Shown here: positions 55,401-64,000 of the stretch, in pieces | How the letters are laid out: every line of letters starts with the position of its first letter | Numbering within the stretch: position 1 is the stretch's first letter | Notes under the pieces: model-generated | What the model was told of the DNA's origin: nothing | The model's input: the letters and a program-made list of their open reading frames with translations, nothing else | Databases searched by the model: none | Assembly: GCA_013265495.1 (NCBI GenBank) | Contig: MU058289.1 | Location: 310,001 to 374,000, forward strand | Direction: 5' to 3' | DNA length: 64,000 nt | Source of the DNA: Vicugna vicugna | Taxonomy: Eukaryota | Translations under genes and position numbers: made by a program

Positions 55401-56069
55401 CCCCTAGGGCCCTGCCCTGCACTCCAGCCTTCAGGACTCAGCCTTCTGAGTTCTGAGGAGCAGTTTGAGAGGAAGTTCTCAGCCAAGATCCAAGCCCTGC
55501 AGGGGCTGAGGCAGCACACACACAGGGCCGCCTTGCTGGACCCCCCCAGCCCCATGAGCCCACCCCCTGTCTACTGACCTACAGGGAGGCTTCCCACATC
55601 CTAGAGGCTGCTGGCAGGGAAAGCCACGAGGGCAGGTGAAGCAGAAGACCCTGAGCCCAGGCCCTGCCCCCACCCCCGGGCCCATCCTGAGCTCTGTGGC
55701 CACCTGGTGGCAGCTCCAGTCTTTTTCTCCTGCAGGATCCCAGCTCTGAGCTAATCAGAGGAAGTCTCTTCTCCAGCCTGCAGAAGTGAGAAATGGGGCC
55801 CTGGTGGGAGGGTCCCAGGCCCCTTCTTTATCCCTGAGGTAACCCTCAGTCCACCCCTACCCAACTGTCTCCCCACCCCCAGGATGGATCTGCTGGAGGA
55901 GATCATAACAGAGATGAAAGGTGGATACCAACTTGAAGACAGACCCAAGCTCAATCCCACTCCTGACACAAATTGTCAGGGCACCCACGGCCCCGCCTTG
56001 GCAGATATCGCTCCTCAGAGCCTCCCAGGAGGGACTCCGCACTTGGCACCTGCTGAAATGATAAAATGA
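49446..56069 (+). CDS. TEX14-like protein: N-terminal ankyrin repeats + inactive kinase domain + Pro/Ser-rich tail (TEX14 paralogue)
   Basis: Well-supported GT-AG exons in one open frame (623 codons): 49446-49578, 51866-51980, 52381-52546, 52626-52783, 52865-52925, 53001-53125, 53261-53353, 53803-54150, 54228-54385, 54461-54654, 54738-54810, 54901-54989, 55079-55234. Translation [16 protein letters not shown]...[19 protein letters not shown]...[22 protein letters not shown]...[15 protein letters not shown]...GFGQ...DEP...[17 protein letters not shown]...[25 protein letters not shown]...LYPWLPLE...[20 protein letters not shown] aligns by eye with TEX14 ([63 protein letters not shown]). Terminal exons uncertain; one in-frame path uses 55585-55635, 55736-55785, 55883-56069 (718 aa). 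Confidence 0.85.
50110..50800 (-). mobile_element. Old L1 ORF2 fragment in intron of the TEX14-like gene
   Basis: T-rich degenerate L1 antisense sequence (aggaagttcccatttattcttagttttctgag...gaattttatcaaatg.cttttctgtatcta). Confidence 0.7.
51335..51425 (+). mobile_element. tRNA-derived SINE (Vic-1-like)
   Basis: gtggtagagcgcatgcctatcatgcacaaagccctggattcaatccccagtacctccattaaaaaaaaa; near-perfect TSD aaaatccagagagtttg / aaaattcagagagtttg. Confidence 0.85.
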
Positions 56070-56095
56070 TAAAGTGACCCACCTGTCACTGCCTC

Positions 56096-56155
56096 TTTAT
56101 TCACTGAGCCTGGCCCCAGCATGACACTAGCAGCCACGTTTTCACCATTTTTATT
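56096..56155 (-). terminator. ARHGAP33 polyadenylation signals
   Basis: TTTATT on + (AATAAA on -) at 56096-56101 and 56150-56155, 360-420 nt downstream of the ARHGAP33 stop. Confidence 0.7.
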
Positions 56156-56518
56156 CATTAATTTTGTCAGATGGTTTAGTGGGGTATGCGAGGGGAGATG
56201 GGCAGGAGCTGTCCCCCCACCCCCTGTGCACAGGTCAGGACATGCTGAGGGCTCCTGGAAGGAGAGGGAGGACAGGGAGTCAGCCTAGTCCTCAGATTTG
56301 TGCGAGAGCCCCCAGGATGGAGGATGGTGGGGGGATGGGTGTGCCCGTCAGCCAAGGGTAGGGAAGCTATGGTCACAGGTTAGGGACCCACATCAGAGGC
56401 AAGTTACAAAGTTAGAAACCTGGGGTAGAGGTCAGGATCTCAAGAATACAAAACAAGGGACTGGGTTGGGCCAAGGTCAGTGAGGGGGAAGAGAAAGAAG
56501 GTCTCTCCCAGCTCTGGC

Positions 56519-59500
56519 TCAGCAGTAGCTTCGGGTCTGGCCCTCAGAGTGGAGGGACCAGCTGGGAGTGGGGTAGGGGGGTGGGGGACCAGCCCCCTCC
56601 CTTACTTGCCCCCCATTCCTGTACAAGGACCCTCGGTGGTGCTCAGCCCCCCTCCCATAGGCTGGTGGGGCTGCCCTGTAGAGCAGGAGAGGCTCCGGAA
56701 GGCCCCAGGGCCCGGGCACCCTATGAGGGGCGTGGTGGCCCCAGGGGGCCCGCTGTTTCTGGGGTAGGCGGGGTGCTGGGGGACCAGGATCAGAGCGGCT
56801 TCGGGGGTGGGCCGGAGGGGAGGAGGAGCTGGAAGAGGCAGGTGAGGGACCCCTGGGCCCTAGGGCTAGGTTGACATAGAGGGGTTCAGGTCTGGTGGGG
56901 CGCCGGGCAGGGTGCTGGGGGGCTGAGTAGCCAAGATGGTCATGGGGAAAGCAGGAAGGCGGTGGTGGGTAGCTGAACAGGAAGTCGGGGGACCTGTGGA
57001 GTGGCGGTGATTGGCCAAGCATGCCATAGGAGGCATTGAGCCTGTCTGCGGGCATGGAGCGCAAGGGACTCCAGGACCGGCTGGGGCCAGAGTAGGAGGA
57101 CCCCTCGCCCGCCTCAATCTCATAGTACAGGTTCTCTCCCCTGTCAAGTGGTGCAGGAGGACCTAGAGGACTCCTCCAGACTGGGGCTGGGGAGCTGGGC
57201 TGGAAGGATGGGGAGCTGAGGGGGTACAAGCCTGGTTTGCGGACCCCAAGGAAGGGTGGCAGGCACTCCCGGGGGGCTGAGAAGAAGCCAGGGGTAGGAA
57301 CCTGTTGGGGGACAGAAAACAGGAACTGGGCTGTTGTCTCTGGTGCATCCCCGTACCCCCAACCCCTCCTGAGCTGGGCACTGACCTGGGCAGGGCCTCT
57401 GGGTCCCCTCCTTGAGGTTCCCATGGGCCGCTGGCTCCTGACCAGGCTCCCATCACTTGGTTGCCTTGGAAGGGAGGGTGGGGGTCCTGGAGCCCAGGCA
57501 CCTGGGTGGGCTAAGGATTGGGGAGGCAGCCCACTCCCTGAGGTCCCAGGTGGTTCAGTGCCCACCTCCAGGGACAGGGAGCGGTGGAAAGGGGAGTGGG
57601 GAGCAGATGGGGTGCTCTCCTGTTCCTGTTGGCTCTGTCTCTGGGCCACCTGCTGAGCCCGCTCAGCCAGGGCCAGGGCCATGAGGCGTGCTGGGTTCTT
57701 GGGGGGTGGGGGTGGGGCCCCCCCAGGGCGCAGGAGGGACAGGGGTGGGGGCAGCAGCGGTGACTCCATACCAGGACCTAGGAGAGGAATGAGAAGAGGA
57801 GTCAGCGGGGTCTTGGGCATAGCCTCAGGGTCTGTAAGCGTGTGGGTTGGGCTGGACAGGACTCACCTTGCTGGCCTGGTGCTCCACGGGGACCAGGTAG
57901 TGCCAGCTTGCTGCAAATCTCCTGTTGGCAGGTGTCACTCAGCTGGGCCTCAGCTCCACGTAGCAGCAGGGGGATGAGACGGGGGCGCAGGCCTGGGCTG
58001 GGGCTGAGGGCTGGCGTTGGGGTGGCCGAGGCAGGTGTTCCCCCAGCCCCCAGCAGCTCCAAGACAGCAGGTGGCACCGATACAGCCAGGGGCTCTGAGA
58101 TGTCCAGGGCAGTGGGTGAGGCAGGGCTGGTGGGCCCACGGGGTGACAGAGCCTGGGGGGTTGCTCTGGGTGGGAAGGCAGAGGCGGGGGCGGGGGGGGC
58201 CGGGCTGGAGGGAGGTGCAGGGTCCCCTGGGGTGGGGCTGCTGCAGCGAAAGGTAAGGGGATCGAAGTCAAGCCCCCGGAGCCCCTCCAGGCAGCGGGGT
58301 GGGCTGAAGTCTAGCTCATCACCATCATCTAGCCAGGCTGAAGTTCGGTGTGAGGGGGAACCGGAGAGTGCCCCCAGCCCAGCTGCTGAGGACGAGGAGG
58401 ACGAGGAGGAGGAGGAGGCAGAGGAAGAGGAGGACTCAGATGATGACAGGCTCTCGCAGGAGCCAGCTGGTGCTGGGCCCACAGGGAAAGCATCACTGCT
58501 GGAGTGGGGTCGCCGCAGCCTGTGCAGCCTCTGGAGGCCTGGAAGGGCAGTGTGGGGGGCAGTTAGGGGTCAGGGGACAGAACGTTACATACCCCTGTAC
58601 AGCAGTGAGAACAGGGCACCACCCAGTAAGTTGGGGGAATAACAGGAAGAGGCACGTCCCCGGCGCCCCCAGATGGTGTCACAATGGCTGGGAATCCAGG
58701 GACAGCTGTTTAGACTCACGGGTGATAAAGGAAATGAATGGCAAGTCCATGAAAAGAAGTATTCCAGACGCAAAGACAAGAAGGAAGTGTGACAACCCCG
58801 TGGGCTGTGAGCATGAGACCAGCAGGATCTTGTACCCGGAAGCTGGAGGACAGTCCGGGGCCACCACCCCTGGGAAACTCTTGGGCCTTGTTTTGTAGAG
58901 TTGGATGTGAGCATACCGTACAGTATGCACCTCCACTCCTGGGTGTGCTCCTCAGAGCCCCCAGATGCATCGGGAAGAGGAAGGACAAGCAACTCCCAAG
59001 GGGATCCCCACACCTGGAACACTAGAGAGTGATGCAGAGGAAGCAGCCTGAGCTACACTCAGCAGTGCGGGCGGCAGCCTGTAACGTAGTGGTGAGTGAA
59101 TCCACTTACAGCACAATACCCTTTTTAATGATATCTTTCAATTAAAGTTTCAAAACAACTAGGATGACTTCGCTTAACCTTGCTGAAGTTAATAAATCAG
59201 TCACAATAATAAAAGAGCAGATTCACATCACAAAAAAAAAAAAAAACAAAAAACTAGGACGTCACAGTGTTATTGGTGCCTACACTTCTACACCTGTACG
59301 TGATAAAACCCGGAAAGCAAGGGGATGAAGACATCAAATCTAGGGGATGCTTCTGGTAGAGTGGCAGCAGGTGGGAGGGGGATGAGCTCACAGGTGAGGT
59401 AGTGGGGCTCTTTTAGTTCTGGTTTATGGATGTTCATTATATTATTTAAATTGTTTTTCAAAAGGAATGATTAAAAGACTGAAGGGACTTTGCCTGGACC

Positions 59501-62500
59501 AAGGGTGAAGCTTTATCCAACTCATTGTACGTACGGTCCAGATTAAAAATGAAAAAAACCTCAAGATCCCCATTTCTGAATACATCATTTGGAGGCCAGC
59601 TTGGGGCCCCAGTCCCTCCCAGCACCACCTGGGCACAGGCATGGGCCACCCAGTGCTCACCAGCCCCGCTGGCCTGCGATGACAGAGACTCCTCACTCTT
59701 GGCGGATCTCAGTGTGACTGTGTCAGGTCGGTTGCCTGCAGAGAGAAGTAGAAAGGTCATGGGGGCCTCCAGAGCGCCTCCCCAACCACCCCAACTGCTC
59801 CACCTCTGACCTGAAGGCTGCGGTCGGGCACGGGTGCCCCCTAGCCAGGGCAGAGGCTTCTTTCGGGGGATGCTGGGGCCCCGGCCCAATGCAAAGAAGG
59901 TCTTCCAGCTGCTACCCCCAGGCTTCCGCTGTTTCTCGCTTCTCTCCCCTTTCCTCCTGGGGTTTGAGTGAGACACAGGAAGCAGGCTGAGGAGCTGGGG
60001 CCTCCAGGCTGGCCCCTTCCATCCAGGGCATCCCACTCACCTTTCCACAGGTGAAGCTGGGGCCTTGGGTATTGTGGGCTCGGTGGGTGTCCCCAGCCGG
60101 CCCTGGGTACGAGCCTGGGCTTCCTCCAGCGTCAGCAGGCGAGTGGAGGGGCCGCTGCCCGCAAGGGACTTGGGCCTGGGGAGGAGGCAGCGGCCTGGGG
60201 AGTCGGGAAAGGGGGCAGCTATCAGCCCCAGGGCCATTCAAGGTCACAGGCAAAGCCAAGCGCTACAGCCCAAGCCCCGGCCCGCAGCGTGCCCACCCGG
60301 GCTGGCAAGGCAGGGGGCCGGGACGGATCAGGCGGGAATGGGTGGGCAGCAGGCAGGTGAGGAGGAGGAGTGAGGCAGAAACGAGCTGATGAGGAGGCAG
60401 CTCCCAGCAGCCAGCGAGGGCAGCGGCTCTGGCTTCAGTTACCTCGGCCCAGAGGGCCCTCCGACGTGCTGAATCCTGACTGGGCTGGGGTCCGGGGCAG
60501 GGCGGGGAGTCTGGGTGGGGCCCGGGTGGGGTCAAGTCTGGGGACCTCCCACCTCCTCCCAGGTGGACCCATGGCCCCACACGCCCCCAGGAGCTACAAG
60601 GGGTGAAGGAAGAACGATGTCCGGGCCAAGAAGTGGGGATCCTGAGCGTAGGAGCTGAAATGACAAGGGTGGGGAGGGGAGGGAGAGGCCGGGGCGGGGT
60701 CCTCAAGGAGCCAGGGTGGAGGTCTTGCTTCAGTGGGATAGGGATGGGGCTGGGAGCCCACCTGCCCTCCCTCTGCAGCCCTGACAATGAGGGGCCAGTA
60801 GCCAGGACATCAGGGCTGGGATGGGCGTACCTGCAGGGTCGAGGCCAGCGGAGGTGAAGGTGTCACTGAACAGGACGTCCACGTGGGTGAGCAGGAATTC
60901 CACCACCACTGACTGCACCCGCACCTCCCGGAAGGCTGCTGCCCCCCCCAGCCCCACTGACTCCAGCTCCATGGACCTGAATGGGAGGAGGGGGAGGGTG
61001 GCCGGGTGCCTTGAGCCCCAGCTGGTGGGTTCTGGCCAGGCAAGGTGGGGAGCCATGGGAGCAATGATTGTCATTCAATGTCTCTGACCTTATCAAATTG
61101 ATCACACCTAGAACTGGATTCTCAAGCTTTCCCCAAACCTGCTCCCTCTCTGCCTATCCCATCTCAGTCAGTGTAGTTCTTCTAGTGGCTCAGGCCAAGC
61201 ACCTTGGAATTGTCCTCGACCCCCCTTTCCCGTACACCCACATCCAATCTTAGCAGACCCTATGGGCTCCATCCACAAAATCTATCCAGAATCTAAACGC
61301 TGCTCTCCTACTGCCCCCACCGCAGACTAGCCTCCATCCTCTCCCTCCTGGATCATCATACAGCTTCCTCACTGCTCCCATCCTGGCCCCTGCAGCCTAC
61401 TCCCCACACAGAGCCAGAGGGATCCTGTGAACCCTTAAGTCAGCTCAGGGCCCTCCTAGCTCAGAGCTATCCCCCGGCCACACCTCACTCCTGGGAAAAG
61501 CCAAAGTCCTCACCAGGACCCACGACCTGTAAGTCACTCCCCTATCTGGTCCCCTGTCACCTCTCTGACCTCATCATCTCCTCCCCCTCAACCCCTCACT
61601 CACTCAGCTCCAGTCACACTAGCCTCCCTGCTGTTCCTCCAAAATACTAGGCCTTGACCCAGCCCCAGGACCGTTGCACTTGCTATTCCCTCTGCCTGGT
61701 TTGCTCCTCCTCAGATATCCACGTGTCCCTCCTTCACCTTCTGCAGGTATTAACTCATATGTTACCTTCTCAATAGTATCTTCCCCATATACTTTATTTA
61801 AAATTCTAAGCCTCTACATTCTATGTCTATCTTTATTTTTCCCCTTAGTTCTTATACCTACCATCTGATGTACCACCTATTTTATTTATTTAGTTATTTG
61901 TTTCCCAGGAAGAACTGAACTCCTCCAGAACAGACAGCTTGCCTGTGTTGGTCACCATCAAATCCTTTGGGGCTTACCCTGCTGCTGGCCACAGAAGACT
62001 TCTTACTGAAGCCTTCCCTACCACTCTATCTAAAAACTTCAAATGCCATAATCCTGCAACATCTCCTGTCCCTGCTTTGTAATCTTTCTCCTTGCCACTC
62101 GTCACCATCAGACAGTATACTGCATTTCTCTCTTAACAGTTCACTGTCATCTTCTGCATGAGAATGCGAGCGCAGAGCACAGGTTCCTGCTCACCACTGT
62201 GTCCCCAGTGCTGAGAACGGGGCTGGCATACAGGAAGTGTTTAATAAGTATGTGTTGGGTGAAATGAGCAAGAGAACAAAAGCTGGGTGATTTTCTGGTG
62301 TGGGGTAAGGGTAGGGGGAGACTGGAGACCCAGCCTATGGGAGAGAGGCGATGGGGGAGGCTGGTGAGCTGCCAGCTTACCGTAGCAGGTTGGGTGCCCA
62401 AACGATGGCCAGGTTGCGGGCATGCATGCTGGTGTTGGCACTGTGTCTCGCCATGCGGGCCAGGTGCCTCAGCAGGTATTCCAGGGTCCTGGGGGTGGGT

Positions 62501-62880
62501 GCAGAAGGGGCCACCTGAGCCTCAGCTCCCTTGGGAACCCACCATAGCCCTTCCCTGACCCTCCTGGTTTACCTGTAGTGCGGCGGGGGCAGCTGCTGGA
62601 TGACGTCGTGGACCCGCACCAGGCGTTCCTCCTCCCCAGGCACTGACATGGCTTCCTGAGATTGTGCATGGGTGTGATGGGGACCGGGCTGTTCGCAGCC
62701 CAGCACCCTCCCCACTTGCCAGCTCCATTACTCACGCTGAACTTGCCGTAGAGCTGGTATGTGAGCAAGGGGTTGGGCAGCTCTCGGAAGTAGAGCTTGC
62801 AGAGGGAGGATACACTGTGGATGTCCTGCAGGAAGGCGGGGCCGGACAGTTCAGGGATCCTTTCACTGTCAAACTCATGC
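56519..62880 (-). CDS. ARHGAP33: Rho GTPase-activating protein 33 (TCGAP/NOMA-GAP), last 9 coding exons; 5' part beyond window
   Basis: Minus-strand exons 62880-62736, 62655-62573, 62488-62381, 60976-60831, 60194-60041, 59956-59811, 59735-59661, 58538-57867, 57777-56519. RhoGAP motifs DIHSVSSLCKLYFRELPNPLLTY, LPPPHYRTLEYLLRHL, MHARNLAIVWAPNLLR; Pro/Ser-rich tail ending WSLHSEGQTRSYC*. Confidence 0.96.
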
Positions 62881-64000
62881 CTGAGGCCACCAGGTCAAGG
62901 AGGGGAAGATTCGGGTCAGAGCTGGCCCACCTGGCGGTGTCCTTCCCCTCCTCTCAGTGTCTACAGGTGGGTGCCACCCTCTTCCTGTGCTGGGCTCTTC
63001 AGAAGCAGAAACTTACTGAACTCCCTCCCCACCAACAACCCTGTGTGCCAAAGACAAGGGCACCCCATTTTACAGAGGAGGACGCTGAGGCTCAGGTGGG
63101 AGATGCCTCTGCTTGTAGCCACCCAAGGCTCTCTGCCTGCAGAGAGTGACTGTGCTCCTTCCACCAAATTGTGCCATTTTCCTGGCTCCAAGAGGTCACT
63201 GGAAAATGCAGCTGAAATCCCAGCGGGCCCTGCTCACAGTTCTCTGGGGTGTCCCACCCTCCCAGGTCAGAGCTCTGCATATGACCTCTGCCTCATCTCT
63301 CACTGCCCCAGGCTCTGGGCTCTCACCTGTCAGACCCTTCACCCTGCCTCACTGCTTCTCACCTCGAAGACTGTCAGGCACACTGCCCCGCCTCAGCTCA
63401 GAACCCCTCCTGTGGTTCCCCCCTCACTCCTGGGAAAAGCCAGAATCCTAGCAGCCATCCAAAAAGCCCCGCATGCTCTGCCACTAGCTGCTTTTCAGAC
63501 ATCATCTCCTGCTGCTTCCCCTTGTGCTGGCTGTTCCCTCCACCGCGGGTACCCACGTGGCTCGCGCCCTCACTTCCTCCACGTGAGGTCTCCTCCAGCA
63601 GGCCCTCTCTGCCCACCCTATTTAAAACCACAATAACTTTCCCTGATTTCCTATTATGATCTTCCTCACCCTGGTCTTCTTTGCTCCGTACCACTTGCAC
63701 CTATTGTAAACTCTCTCATTTCCTTGTCTCTCCCTCCAGCACGCGGACCCCACGAGGGCAGGAGTCTCTGGCTGTCTCCTTCACCACTGCACCCCCAGTG
63801 CCCAATGTCTGGCGTGTGGCAGGTGCTCAGGGAAGGCTGACCCCTCCGCTTCGAATGCTCGTTCTATGCTCACCTTTCAGACCTCAGCTGTGGTGTCACT
63901 TCCTCAAGGAAGCTCTCCCTGCCCCCACACCACTCCAACCCCGCCCTATGCCCTCCTAACTCCCGATACCTCTGTGTCCCCAGCACATGGCACAGCGCCT

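Noticed and set aside
57842..58642. 266-aa plus-strand ORF with acidic run EDEEDEEEEEAEEEED
   Set aside because: Antisense shadow of the ARHGAP33 poly-Ser/Pro exon in GC-rich sequence.
62797..63636. 279-aa plus-strand ORF
   Set aside because: Antisense to ARHGAP33 exon/intron, runs through MIR/L2-like sequence, no recognisable domain.

Overview
Mammalian genomic DNA, most likely camelid (six tRNA-derived SINEs resembling the camelid Vic-1 family), syntenic to human 19q13.12. Gene order: KIRREL2 (- strand, coding exons 1-12, 3' end outside the window), head-to-head with a complete 29-exon NPHS1/nephrin (+, 1242 aa); a repeat-rich spacer; a complete 10-exon PRODH2 (+, 460 aa); then an intact multi-exon gene encoding an ankyrin-repeat + pseudokinase protein that is a paralogue of the germ-cell intercellular-bridge protein TEX14 (+, at least 13 in-frame coding exons, 49446-55234, with a less certain tail to 56069); and finally the 3' half of ARHGAP33 (-), tail-to-tail with it. 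Main highlight: the TEX14-like gene, with a germline-type promoter (NRF1, E2F6, E-box, MYB motifs), lost catalytic motifs and no canonical GPPX3Y motif, located where I recall only a lncRNA in human. Second highlight: an apparently unspliceable 22-nt intron 7 in NPHS1. All exon models were built by hand from splice signals, frame continuity and remembered orthologue sequences; no database search was run.
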